DNA of 64,000 nucleotides from Leucoraja ocellata (Eukaryota). The DNA is taken from NCBI GenBank assembly GCA_036785375.1, contig JAWMAR010000094.1, positions 6,696,001-6,760,000 on the forward strand, in the 5' to 3' direction. The position numbers were made by a program, and so were the translations under genes. The notes below the pieces were generated by a model that made no database searches, had not been told where the DNA came from, and was given only the letters and a program-made list of their open reading frames with translations. Shown in pieces: positions 12,202 through 24,929 of this stretch (position 1 is its first letter; every line of letters begins with the position of its first letter).

Positions 12202-13266
12202 TGTGAGATGCAAATGTGAGTGCTCACAATCACGATGCCAGAGACAAAGTCGTGGAAACAAGAAACACCTTTATTTATGAGTCTGCAGCCCCCGGGTATC
12301 TCTCTAACCGAGACACACCGAGACCATGAAACCATCCTCTACTTATACAGCACCATTTGGCTGAATCAGCCTCCCCTTCTGGCTCCTTCCAATCAGAGCA
12401 CTGAGGTTCACATTCTCACCAGAACGTCCCGTAACGCCCTTCAACGTCCAGGTTACCTCCCACATCATACATCGCATGTGTATTTAAATGAGACATTTTT
12501 TTTTTTTTTTTTTTAAGAGCCGTTGTTTCTGAAGAACCAGTTCCTAAACAAGAGCCACTGCCCCAAGCAAACACCTGCCCAGCAGAAGTCAACGCAAGTG
12601 AAGACTGGCTTCCGGCACAAACCTTCCTAATATACAGTCCTTGGAAGCCTTCAATTACCTTTGGCCGGTACACTCGGTTAGTGTCTCCATGACCAAGCTT
12701 ATCATTGTCGCCCCCTCCAAATGACCAAACCGTTCGTCCATCCTGAGATACAGCAAGAGTGTGGGAGCTGCCACAAGCTACTTGGCCAACACTGCTTATA
12801 TCTTTAACAAGAGATGGTAGATTACGACTACGGCTGTCACTATGTCCAAGTCTACCAAAGTCTCCTTCTCCCCAGGTATAAAGTTCTCCATCGGATGTCA
12901 CTGATGCACTGTGCCTATATCCTGCTGACACACAGATCACAATCTTTCCAAGTAAAGGGTCTTGAATCAATTTGGGATTTAAATGAGACATTTTGTCATG
13001 TTGGGAGTTGTCGTAATATTCATGTATCTTATTAAGCATGCGCAGTACAGAGTAGTTCCTGCCCTTTCCCCCAGTTCTCGTAATGTTTCTGCTGGGCTGC
13101 TTATCTTCTAATTCTCAACCTTGAAATGTCACTACCTGTTCTTCTGCTGTTACTATCCAGACAAGCGCGGTGGGGTGTTCGTGCTGAAGCTCACTATTAT
13201 CCTACCTCAGCTATTTCTCAGGATTTCTAGTCTAAATCAACTATCCCTATTAACCCTTTCCTCACA
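12202..13266 (-). mobile_element. Solo LTR (ERV1/Gypsy-type) carrying a HERC1 retrocopy
   Basis: Termini TGTGAG...CTCACA. 4-bp TSD TATC at 12198-12201 and 13267-13270. Minus-strand AATAAA (12270-12275), TATA-like motif (~12343-12348) and CCAAT box (~12389). Confidence 0.8.
12500..12976 (-). pseudogene. HERC1: Processed (retrotransposed) fragment of HERC1 E3 ligase mRNA, RCC1-like domain 1
   Basis: Translation PKLIQ..LGKIVICVSAGYRHSASVTSDGELYTWGEGDFGRLGH...VWSFGGGDN.KLGHGDTNRVYRPKVIE..QG..IRKVCAGSQSSLALTS.GQVFAWG...SSETTAL matches recalled HERC1 RLD1. Poly(A) appears as T19 at 12496-12514. TSD atttaaatgagacatttt at 12482-12499 and 12977-12994. Confidence 0.88.
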
Positions 13267-13416
13267 TATCCATGTACCTGTCTCTGTCCCTGTCTTCCTA
13301 TCTGTCTGTCTCGCTGTCTCTGCATCCATCTCTGTCTCTGCCTCTGCTCTTTCTGTCTCTCTCTGTCTCCGTAACTCTGTCTCTCGCTTACCAGTTCTCC
13401 CCCACATTTTCATCAG

Positions 13417-14085
13417 AAACCCACCTCTGACATTTGGGCACTGAAGCTCCCCCTAGTGCTCCAGTGTAGTGCCAAGTTACAGCCATGTTGCTGAAAGGGT
13501 AGTTGTGATACAGCATGGTGTTCCTGAAGTCCCACACCAGAAGAGCTCCCCACTATTTGCACTCTCCTTGACCTCGTCCTTCCCATACCGGCAAGTTCAG
13601 CTGAGGCTGAGCGAGGCTTCAGTCGGCTGAAACAGCTGAAGACCACCATCAGATGTTCCCTCCAGGATGACCAGGTAACAGACCAGCTCCTCATCATGCA
13701 GCATGCCAGTAACATCAAGGACTTTGATCCCCGGCCAGCCATCAGCTTGTGGCATGCAGGAGGGATGAGGGCAAGGGGGCCTGACACGGGTGAAGACCCA
13801 GCTGCAGCATCTGCCTCCGGACCTCACCCTGACAGTGACAAGTCTGATGAGGAGGATGCTCTGCTTGGGAGCGACTCAGATGACAATTAAAGTGACTTGC
13901 ATGTAGTTGAACAGCTCTGCCTTTTCTTTGCTTTTCAGGAGATGGTTTAAATGTCAACCAGAAAAATTACACATTTTCACAAATATAATGTTTCTGTTCA
14001 TTTAAAGTTGATATCCCCCCCTAAAATAAAAATAACCACCAGCCATTTGTATTGCCTTCTGGGCAATCTCACTTGCCAAGTTCCA
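13417..14085 (+). mobile_element. hAT (ZNF862-like) transposase C-terminal remnant
   Basis: Frame reads PEELPTICTLLDLVLPIPASSAEAERGFSRLKQLKTTIRCSL...DFDPRPAISLW (hAT dimerization domain). A possible matching left end lies at ~10760-10860. Confidence 0.75.
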
Positions 14086-14089
14086 TGAT

Positions 14090-14815
14090 TGATTAGGTAA
14101 GAGAGAGGTGCAGCGAGACCTGGGTGTCCTTGCACACCGGTCACTGAAAGTTGGCGTGCAGGTACAGCAGACAGTGAAGAAAACTAATGGAATATTGGCC
14201 TTCATAACAAGATAATTTCAGTATAGTAGAGAGGTTCTTCTGCTCTGGTGAGACCACATCTGGAGTATTGCTTACAGTTTTGGTCTCCTAATTTGAGGAA
14301 GGACATCCTTGTTATTGAGGCAGTGCAGCGTAGGTTCACGAGATTGATCCCTGGGATGGCGGGACTGTCATATGAGGAAATATTGAAAAGACTAGGCTTT
14401 TCACTGGAGTTTAGAAGGATGAGGGGGTATCTTATAGAAACATATAAAATTATAAAAGGACTGGATAAGCTAGATGCAGGAAAATTGTTCCCAACGTTGG
14501 GCGAGTCCAGAACCAGGGGCCCAGGTCTTAGAAAAAGGGGAAGCCATTTAAGACTGAGGTGAGAAATTACTTTTTCACCCAGAGAGTTGTGAATTTGTGG
14601 AATTCCCTGCCACAGAGGGCAGTGGAGGCCAAATCACTGGATGGATTTAAGAGAGTTAGATAGAGCTCTAGGGGTTGGTGGAATCAAGGGATATGGGGAG
14701 AAGGCAGGCACGGGTTATGGACAGGGGATGATCAGCCATGATCACAATGAATGGCGGTGCTGGCTCGAAGGGCCGAATGGCCTCCTCCTGCACCTATTTT
14801 CTAAGTTTCTATGTT
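14090..14815 (+). mobile_element. CR1 LINE 3' fragment
   Basis: RPHLEYCLQFWSPNLRKD...; 3' UTR and tail as at 9600-9680. Confidence 0.9.
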
Positions 14816-16419
14816 AATATATTCACCTATTTCCATGATTCATCTTCTTAGTGGGAACAGAGTAAATGAGGTACTGTGTACATTCTAACGTACAGTATAG
14901 GTCTGGTCACCATTGGAGAGGGACAATACCAACCAAAGCAGTCACAGACTGCAAGACTTAGTTGGTCAGGCAGATAATGTTTAATGCACAGATATGTGAG
15001 GTGAGGCGCCTTGGTAGAAAGGAACGAAAGGGAAACAAGGTGACAGAAGGTCACAGATCTACAGGTTGTGCAGGAACATGGGAGCAGAGTATTCCTCTGT
15101 ATCTATATCAGAGAGTGGCAGGGCATGTGGAATGAGTGGGGAATAAAATACATTGCATCCTTGGATTGTTAAACAGAGGTCGGAGACAGAAGCAGGGAGG
15201 CAGTGGAGCATTCTAACACAATGGCGGGCCACAGCTGGAGTGTATCACCATTTTGTCTCTCTCACAGCAGGCCTAATGTAAACACAGCTGTGCTTACAAA
15301 CCTGGTGTATTTGCAAGTAAGGTTGTCATTGTTCCGTTTCAGTACATATGAAAGTAAAACACTCTTGCCATCCCTGGAATCATTTCCGGGAATATTCTTT
15401 ACCTGCTCTGGGATGTCCACAGCCTTTCTGAAGTGAGAATCTGTCATTATGTACTAAGCAAGTACGTCCCACTGGTACAGTTCTGTGGCTGTGCGTGTAT
15501 TTGTGCACTCGTCCTGTCACAGAATGACCCTGTAACCAGTAATGGCTTGAGACATTCAAACCAGTTTTCTGTGAATCTTCTAATGTCCAGTGTGGACAAC
15601 GTTAGTTTATTTAAAAAAAGGCCAAACTTCTGTACACTGTATTACAAGCACGCTGAGCTGCTAGAGCACAGCACTGGCCAGTGAGAATGCAGACCAATAT
15701 AACACTCAGCTCTCTAATATAAGGACAGACATTGACACACACAACACGTATGATCCCGAGCTGCACAATTCCATCACTTCACTGGAACTCTGTCCGACAA
15801 ACATCATTGGCACAGTACTGCAAGGACACCTATCTTTACAACAACCAGCACTGTCTATAAGGGTATAGATTGTAACAAGAGCAGTTGGATAAATAAGGGA
15901 TTAGAAAACTGTAAATACTGAAAACGTAAATTAGAAACAGTTGATAGTGGAAATTCTCAGCTGGTCAGTCTGCAACATTTTCTGGTTTTACATTAATACA
16001 TGCACAGCTGCAGAACTGTAGCAGTGGACCACACTTGTTATGTACACAATACTACTCACTGTAAATTATCTGCCATTGTGTGTGTACCGATCAAGTCTAT
16101 ACAACTGATAGAGTTCTGTGGTTGTCCATGTATTTGTGTCTTCACATACTTATAGGGAACTGACAGGAAACAATAACACAGTCGCTAGACTGTTCTGCAA
16201 GGCCACATGCTAGGAAAACACAAAACAGTATACGCCAAGGACACTGAGCTGCTGCAACAAGGCACCATAATGTCAGGACACAGATTCCAACAACCCCAGT
16301 GCTGCTCTGCAGGGCCACACATTCTCAGCACCGACCGTTTTTTCTGCACAGGTGAATCTCTGGTATTTTCTACCCTGCTGTGGACTAGATCATTGGAGAG
16401 ATTTAAAAAGGGAAATAAG

Positions 16420-16700
16420 TCATAGTCATAAAGTGATACAGTGTGGAAACAGGGCCTTTCGGCTCAACTTGCCAACACCGACCAACATGTGCCAGCTACA
16501 CTAATCCCACTTGCCTGCGCTTAGTCCATATCCCTTCAAACCTGAACTATCTATGTACCTGTCTAACGGTTTCTTAAACGTTGCGATAGTCCCAGCCTCA
16601 AATTCCTCCTCTGGCAACTTGTTCCATACACCCACCACCCTTTGTGTGAAATGGTAACCCCTAAGATTCCTATCACATCTTTTCATCTTCACCTTGAACT
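16420..16700 (-). mobile_element. CR1 3' fragment
   Basis: HFTQRVVGVWNKLPEE...FKKPLDRY. Confidence 0.75.
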
Positions 16701-18185
16701 GGTAGGGGGCGCCGGAGAAGGGAAATGGCTGCCCTGCCGACAGTCTGTTCGATATTTCATCCTTTTTGTTATTTTTAGCGTTTGTTTAGAAACATAGAAA
16801 ATAGGTGCAGGAGTAGGCCATTCGGCCCTTTGAGCCTGCACCGTCATTCAATATGATCATGGCTGATCATCCAACTCAGTATCCTGTACCTGCCTTCGCT
16901 CCATACCCCCTGATCCCTTTAGCCACAAGGGCCACATCTAACTCCCTCTTAAATATAGCCAATGAACTGGCCTCAACTACCTTCTGTGGCAGAGAAATCC
17001 AGAGATTCACCACTCTCTGTGTAAAAAAATGTTTTTCGCATCTCGGTCCTAAAAGATTTCCACCTTATCCTTAAGCTGTGACCCCTTGTTCTGGACTTCC
17101 CCAACATCTGGAACCATCTTCTTACATCTAGCCTGTCCAACTCCTTAAGAATTTTGTAAGTCTCTATAAGATCCGTCCTCAATCTTCTAAATTGTAGCAA
17201 GTACAAGCCGAGTCCATCCAGTCTTTCTTCGTATGAAAGTTTTGCAATCCCAGGAATCAGTCTGGTGAACCTTCTCTGTACTCCCTGTATGCCAAGAATG
17301 TCTTTCCTCAGATTAGGAGAGCAAAACTGTACGCAATACTCCAGGTGTGGTCTCTCCAAAGCCCTGTACAACTGCAGTAGAACCTACTTGCTCCTATACT
17401 CAAATCCTTTTTATATTAATGCTAACATACCATTCGCTTTCTTCACTGCCTGCTGCACCTGCACGCTTACTTTCAATGACTGGTGTACCATGACACCCAG
17501 GTCTCGTTGCATCTCCCCTTTTCATATCGGCCACTATTCAGATAACAGTCTACTTTCCTGTTCCTCCCACCAAAGTGGATAACCTCACATTTATCCACAT
17601 TATACTGCATCTGCCATGAATTTGCCCACTCACCCAACCTATCCAAGTCATCTTGCAGCCTCCTAGCACCCTCCTCACAGCTAACACTGCCCCCCAGCTT
17701 CATGTCATCCACAAACTCGGAAATGTTGCATTCAATTCCCTCGTCCAAATCATTAATCTATATTACTAAATCTCGGTTCTAGACCGCTTTTGGCCGTCTG
17801 TGCTGCGATTTCCGAGAGAACGCCGTCACCTAAGGCTGTAATTTTTGGCCACTTTGCTCACAGCCCCCCTCCGCCGCACGTGTGCCGAGGATGTTTCCCA
17901 TCGATGAAAAATGGCAGAGATATTAATGTGTTTACAAAATTCCCCATTCTCTCTGCTGCTCCTGCTGGAGGGAGGGAGAGGGACTATAAAACCAGGAAGT
18001 GGTGTGCCTCATTTAGTCTCTGCAACATGGAGGGCACTCAGAGCTCTGAATGACACTGAGCAAATGTCTTCACACCTGTGAGTAAGTACCCTTAATGTGG
18101 TTTGGAAATGAAAATATGGTTAGTTTGAAATAAAAAATAACTGCCTGCAAATGGTTGTTTCGGGGGTTTGGGTAAAAATGCACTC

Positions 18186-19838
18186 TCTTTCTCTCTCTCT
18201 ATCCCCACTCCTCCCTCTCCCTATCCCTCTCTCTTTCTATCTCTCTCCCCCACTGTCTCTCTCCCTTTCTCTCTCTCTCCCCTCCTCTCTCTCCCCACCT
18301 CTCTCCCCATCCCCAACCCACTCTCCTCTCCCCCTCACCTCTCCCCCCTCTCCTCTTCTCCTCCCCCTCTCCTCTCCTCTTCCCCCCTCTACTCCCCTCT
18401 CCCCCCCCTCTCCTCTCCTCTCCCTCCCTCGCCTCCCCTCTCCCCCACTCTCCGCCCCTCTCCCCCCTTCTCCTCTCCCCCCCTCCTCTCCTCTCTCCCC
18501 TCTCCTCTCCCCTCTCCTCTCCCCCCCCTCTCCTCTCCCCCCATCTCCTCTTCCCCCTCCTCTCCCCGCTCTCCTCTCCGCGCTCTCCTCTCCCCCCTCT
18601 CCTCTCCCCCCCTCTCCTCGCGCCCCCCCCCCTCCTCCCCACCTCACCATTTCCTCCCTCCCCCCCCTCTCCCCCTCCTCTCCCCCCTCTACTCTCCTTC
18701 CGTCTCCTCTCCCCTCCCCTCTCTCTCTCTCCCCTCTTTTTCTCCCCCTCCTCCCCTCCAACCCCTCCCCCACCATCCCTCCCCTAAATCCCCCTCCCCT
18801 CCACACACCACCCACTACCCTCCACCCTCCCTGCTCCCCACCTCTCCCCCTCCCCTCAGCTCACCCCCCTCTCAACACATACTCTCTCTCCCCCTCTGTC
18901 CTCCCCCTTTCTCCTCCCCCCCTCTCCCCCCTCTCCTCTACCCCCTCTCCTCCCTCCCCTCCTCTCCTCCCCTCTCCACTCCCCCCTTCCTCCCCCTCTC
19001 CCCCCTCACTCCTCTCTCCTCCCCTCTCTCCTCCCCCCTCCCCCTCTCTCCCCTCCTCCCATCCATCCCCTCCCCCTCTCCTTTCCCCGCCCCTCTCCCC
19101 TCCCCCCTCTCCTCCCCCCCCTCTCCTGCCCCCCCTCTCCTCTCCCCCCTCTCCTCTCCCCCTTCTCGTCTCCCCCTCTCCCCTCTCCCCTCCTCTCTCC
19201 CCCCCATCCTTTCCCCCCTTTCCTCTCCCTCCTCTTCCCCCTTTCCTCTCCCCCCTCTCCCCCTCCCCCTCACCTCTCTCTCCCTCCTTTTCCCCCCCTC
19301 CTCCTCTCCATCCCCTCCCCACCGCCCCTCCCCTAAACCCCCCTCCCCTCCACACCCCCTACCCTCTTTCCTCCACTCCCCTCCCTGCTCCCCACCTCTC
19401 CTCCCTCTCTCCTCCAGCTCTACTCCCCCCTCCCCCTCTCCCCTCCCCCTCTCTCCTCCCCCCTCTCTCCCCTTCTACCTCTCTCCCGTCCTCCCCTCCA
19501 TCCCCTCCCCCACCCTCCCTACCTCCCCTAAACCCCCTCCCCTCCATACCCCCTACCCTCTACCCTCCACCCTCCCCCCTCCCTCCTCATCCCTGCTTCC
19601 CACCTCTCCCCTTCACCCCCCTCTCAGCACCCCCTCTCTCTCCCCCCCACTCTTACCCTCTCTCTCTCTCCCCTCCTCCCCCACCTTTCCCCCCTCACCC
19701 ACCCTTCCTCTTCTCCTCCTCTCCACCCCCTCTCCCTCTTTTCCCTCTCTCTGTGCCTCTCTCTCTCTCTCTCTGTCTCTGCCCCTTCTCTCTCTGCCCT
19801 CACTCTCTCCTCCTGCCCCCCCCCCCCCCCCCCCTCTA
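18186..19838. repeat. Polypyrimidine/polypurine (C/T-rich) low-complexity tract
   Basis: About 1.65 kb almost entirely C/T; recurring ccctaaaccccctcccctcc unit. Confidence 0.95.
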
Positions 19839-19937
19839 GATGTGACTGTAAGTTGGGGGCTATGCGTCAGTAGATAGGGTGGTTATGGGGTAAAAGGAGC
19901 AAATTAATAATATTAATATAATATCAAGGGGGTAATT

Positions 19938-22086
19938 AACCATATAACCATATAACCATATAACAATTACAGCACGGAAACAGGCCATCTCGGCCCTACA
20001 AGTCCGTGCCGAACAAATGTTTTTTCCCCTTAGTCCCACCTGCCTGCATTCATACCATAACCCTCCATTCCCTTCTCATCCATATGCCTATCCAATTTAT
20101 TTTTAAATTATACCAATGAACCTGCCTCCACCACTTCCACTGGAAGCTCATTCCACACCGCTACCACTCTCTGAGTAAAGAAGTTCCCCTCATATTACCC
20201 CTAAACTTCTGTCCCTTAATTCTGAAGTCATGTCCTCTTGTTTGAATCTTCCCTATTCTCAAAGGGAAAAGCTTGTCCACATCAACTCTGTCTATCCCTC
20301 TCATCATTTTAAAGACCTCTATCAGGTCCCCCCTTAACCTTCTGCGCTCCAGAGAATAAAGACCTAACTTATTCAACCTATCTCTGTAACTTAGTTGTTG
20401 AAACCCAGGCAACATTCTAGTAAATCTCCTCTGTACTCTCTCTATTTTGTTGACATCCTTCCTATAATTGGGCGACCAAAATTGTACACCTTACTCCAGA
20501 TTTGGTCTCACCAATGCCTTGTACAATTTTAACATTACATCCCAGCTTCTATACTCAATGCTCTGATTTATAAAGGATAACATACCAAAAGCTTTCTTTA
20601 CCACCCTATCTATATGAGATTCCACCTTCAAGGAGCTATGCACGGTTATACCCAGATCCTTCTGTTCAACTGTATTCTTCAATTCCCTACCATTTACCAT
20701 GTACGTCCTATTTTGATTTGTCCTGCCAAGGTGTAGCACCTCACATTTATCAGCATTAAACTCCATCTGCCATCTTTCAGCCCATTTTTCCAAATGGCCT
20801 AAATCACTCTGTAGACTTTGGAAATCCTCTTCATTATCCACAACACCCCCTATCTTGGTATCATCTGCATACTTACTAATCCAATTTACCACACCTTCAT
20901 CCAGATCATTGATGTACATGACAAACAACAAAGGACCCAACACAGATCGCTGAGGCACCCCACTAGTCACCTGCCTCCAACCCGATAAACAGCCATCCAC
21001 CATTACCCTCTGGCTTCTCCCATTCAGCCACTGTTGAATCCATTTTGCTATTCCTGCATTTATACCCAACAGTTGAACCTTCTTAACCAACCTTCCATGA
21101 GGAACCTTGTCAAAGCCTTACTAAAGTCCATATAGACAACATCCACTGCTTTACCCTCGTCAATTTCCCTAGTAACCTCTTCAAAAAATTCAAGAAGATT
21201 AGTCAAACATGATCTTCCAGGCACAAATCCATGTTGACTGTTCCTAATCATACCCTGTTTATCTAGATGCTTATATATATTATCTCTAAGTATCTTTTCC
21301 ATTAATTTGCCCACCACTGAAGTCAAACTAACAGGCCTATAATTGCTAGGTTTACTCTTAGAACCCTTTTTAAACAATGGAACAACATGCGCAATACGCC
21401 AATCCTCGGGGACTATTCCCGTTTCTAATGACATTTGAAATATTTCTGTCATAGCCCCGGCTATTTCTACACTAACTTCCCTCAATGTCCTAGGGAATAT
21501 CCTGTCAGGACCTGGAGACTTATCCACTTTTATATTTTTCAAAAGTGTCAGTACTTCTTTTACTTTGAACCTCATAGTATCCATAGCTACTCTACTAGTT
21601 TCCCTTACCTCACATAATTCAATATCCCTCTCCTTGGTGAATACCGAAGAAAAAAAATTGTTCAATATCTCTCCCATCTCTTTTGGCTCTGCAGATAGCT
21701 GTCCACTCTGTCTCTCCAAAGGACCAATTTTATCCCTCGTTATCCTTTTGCTATTAATATAGCTGTAGAAACCCTTTGGATTTACTTTCACCTTACTTGC
21801 CAAAGCAACCTCATATCTTCTTTTAGCTTTTCTAATTTCTTTCTTAAGATTCTTTTTACATTCCTTATACTCCTCAAGCACCTCATTTACTTCATGCTGC
21901 CTATAATTATTGTAGATCTCCCTCTTTTTCCGAACAAGATGTCCAATTTCCCTTGAAAACCAGGGCTCTTTCCAATTTTTACTGTTTCCTTTCAACCGAA
22001 CAGGAACATAAAGATTCTGTACTCTTAAAATTTCCCCTTTAAATGTCCTCCATTTCTCTTCTACATCTTTCCCATAAAACAAAATT
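19938..22086 (-). mobile_element. CR1 LINE, 5'-truncated, young
   Basis: ORFs 21060-22193, 20491-21090 (SGVPQ, KYADD) and 20161-20415; (TTATATGG)n tail. Confidence 0.92.
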
Positions 22087-23767
22087 AGCGTGAGTGCGGG
22101 GGGGGGGGGAGGGGGGATAGTTAGTGTGTGACGCTGCATGCCGCCTCCCCCCCACAACCGCACGTTGGGGGAACAGACCCAACAGGTCTGCACTTGGTCT
22201 AGTATATATTGTAAATAGCTGGGGTCCCAGCAGAGCCTTGCGGTACCCCACTAGTCACTGCCTGCCATTCTGAATCTACGCATCCTGTCTGCCAGTCAGT
22301 TCTCTATCCACATCAATACTGAACCCCCACTGTGTGCTTTAAGTTTGCATACTAATCCCTTATGTGGGACCTTGTCGAAAGCCTTCTGAAAGTCTAGATT
22401 AAACACATCAACTGGTTATCCCTTATCCACTCTACTAGTTACATCCTCGAAAAATTCTATAAGATTCGTCAGACATGATTTACCTTTCATAAATCCATGC
22501 TGACTTTGTCCAATGATTTCGCCATTTTCCAAATGTGCTGCTTTCCCATCTTTAATAACTGACTCTAGCATTTTCCAAACTACCGGTTAGACTAACTGGT
22601 CTCTAATTCCCCGTTTTCTCTCTCCCTCCCTTTTTAAAAAGTGGAGTTACATTAGCTACCCTCCAATCCCCAGGAACTACTCCAGAATCAAAAGAGTTTT
22701 GAAAAATTATCACTAATGCATCCACTATTTCTGGGGCTACTTCCTTAAGTACTCTGGGATGCAGCCTATCTGGCCCTCCGGATTTATCGGACTTTAATCC
22801 ATTCAATTTACCTAACACCACTTCCCGACTAACCTGGATTTCACTCAGTTGCTCCATCTCATTTGACCCCCGGTCCCCTGCTATTTCCGGCAGATTATTT
22901 ATGTCTTCCTTAGTGCAGATAGAATCAAAGTAGTTATTCAATTGGTCTGCCATGTCCTTGTTCCCCATGGTCAATTCACCCGTTTCAGACTGCAAGGGAC
23001 CTACATTTGTTTTAACTAAGATTTTTCTCTTCACATATCTTTAAAAGCTTTTGCAGTCAGTGTTTATGTTCCTTGCCAGTTTTCATTCATAAACTATTTT
23101 CCCTTTTCTAATTAGGCCCTTTGTCCTCCTCTGCTGGACTCTCCCAGTCCTCTGGTAGGCTGCTTTTTCTGGCTAATTTTTATGCTTCGTCTTTTGTTTT
23201 GATACCATCCCTGTTTTCCCTTGTTATCGACGGATGCACTACCTTCCCTGATTTATTATTTTTGCCAAACTGGAATGAACAATTGTTGTAGTTAATCCAT
23301 GCAGTCTTTAAAAGCCTTCCATTGCATATCCACCGTCAACCCTTTAGGAATCAATTGCCAGTCTATCTTGGCCAATTCACGTCTCATACCGTCAAAGTTA
23401 CCTTTCTTTAAGTTCAGAACCCTTGTTTCTGAATTAACTATGTCACTCTCCATCCTAATGATGAACTCAACCATATTATGGTCACTGTTGCCCAAGGGGC
23501 CACGCACAACAAGATTACTAACTAACCCTTCCGCATTACTCAATACCCAGTCTAGAATAGCCTGCTCTCTTGCTGGTTCCTCTACATGTCGGTTTAGAAA
23601 ACTATCCCTCATACATTCAAGTTCAAGTTCAAGTGAGTTTATTGTCATGCTTTGCTTCAGCACAACAGAACATAGTAGGCATTGACTGCAAAACACATGA
23701 ATAAATAAACTGATCAAGTGCAAATAACAGAAAATGGGTTATTAATGTTCGGAGATTTATCTGAGCC

Positions 23768-23967
23768 NNNNNNNNNNNNNNNNNNNNNNNNNNNNNNNNN
23801 NNNNNNNNNNNNNNNNNNNNNNNNNNNNNNNNNNNNNNNNNNNNNNNNNNNNNNNNNNNNNNNNNNNNNNNNNNNNNNNNNNNNNNNNNNNNNNNNNNNN
23901 NNNNNNNNNNNNNNNNNNNNNNNNNNNNNNNNNNNNNNNNNNNNNNNNNNNNNNNNNNNNNNNNNNN
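23768..23967. other. Assembly gap (200 N, probably a fixed-size scaffolding gap)
   Basis: Round-number N-run. Confidence 0.95.
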
Positions 23968-24929
23968 GGACGTTGGGCCGCTGGAAAATTATACAGGAGA
24001 CGTGATAATGGGGAATAAAGAAATGGCAACTTTTTTGCTGCCGTCTTCACAGTGGAAGACACCAGCAACGTGCCTGAAATTCAAGAGAGTCAGGTGTTGA
24101 AGTTTGTGGAGCGGCTATTACTAAGAAGAAGGTACTTGGGAAGCTGAAAGGGCTGAAGGTGGATAGGTCACCTGGACCTGATGGACTGCCCCCTAGGGTC
24201 CTGAAATACGTGGCTTTATTGTGGAAACATTGACAGTGATATTTCAAGAATCTCTAGAGACAGGAGAGGTCTCAGATGATTGGGAAATTGCCAATATTAC
24301 CCCGCTGCACAACAAGGGAGCAAAGCAGAATAGTGGGAATTATAGGAAGATTAGTCTGACTGCAATAGTTGGTAACATTTTAGTCCTTTATAAAGGAGTC
24401 AATCTGCATTCGCCATTCCTCAGCCCACTAGTCCAGCGGATCAAGAGCCTGTTGTAATGTTTGACAACAATCTGACATTGACCGCAGTCTCTGGACCAGC
24501 ACGGTAAGCGGCTGTGGCAGTACAAATTCCACCGATGCTTCTGCACTGAGGAATTCGGGTGCCTGGGGATTATGCAAGCCAGCGACGTGGAGGGAGTCAC
24601 CCGTGGTTGTAGCAAGTAAAGGAACAGGCCCATTGTTGCCCTTCTCTGAAGTGTCCTGGAATGAAGCATTGACTGAATTCCTTGGGTCATCGTTATGTCC
24701 ATCAGTGAGTCTGAAATTCTCTGCCACAGAATGTAGTTGAGGCCAGTTCATTGGCTATATTTAAGAGGGAGTTAGATGTGGCCCGTGTGGCTAAAGGGGT
24801 CAGGGGGTATGGAGAGAAGGCAGGTACAGGATACTGAGTTGGATGATCAGCCATGATCATATTGAATGACGGTGCAGGCTCGAAGGGCCGAATGGCCTAC
24901 TCCTGCACCTATTTTCTATGTTTCTATGT
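23968..24929 (+). mobile_element. CR1 fragments (internal ORF2 at 23968-24390 and 3' end at 24710-24929)
   Basis: SPGPDGLPPRVLK, DWEIANITPL, NYRKISLT; 3' tail tttctatg. Confidence 0.75.

Larger units (their letters stand above)
17757..22202 (+). mobile_element. Non-autonomous Helitron containing a C-rich tract and a nested CR1
   Basis: 5' TC at 17757 and 3' CTAG at 22199-22202, preceded by hairpin cagacc-caaca-ggtctg (22174-22190). Inserted between A and T of the CR1 with no TSD. Confidence 0.8.
16788..23616 (-). mobile_element. CR1 LINE ORF2 (degenerate), split by the Helitron insertion at 17757-22202
   Basis: RT and APE fragments in ORFs 16973-17748, 22603-23034 and 23292-23723; sequence is continuous across the insertion (aaatcattaa|tatatattgtaaatagc). 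Confidence 0.85.

Noticed and set aside
12208-12215. Perfect octamer ATGCAAAT (also at 1823-1830 and in hAT copy 2)
   Set aside because: All copies lie inside TEs far from the IgL promoter, and about two hits are expected by chance in 64 kb.
12416-13039. Functional HERC1 gene or exon
   Set aside because: It is a small internal fragment bounded by poly(A) and a TSD, with no splice sites or other HERC1 exons in the window.
18151-19877. 562/569-aa Pro/Ser/Leu-rich ORFs (extensin-like) and antisense Gly/Arg/Glu ORFs
   Set aside because: These are an artefact of a C/T low-complexity tract that lacks stop codons, and the tract lies inside a Helitron.
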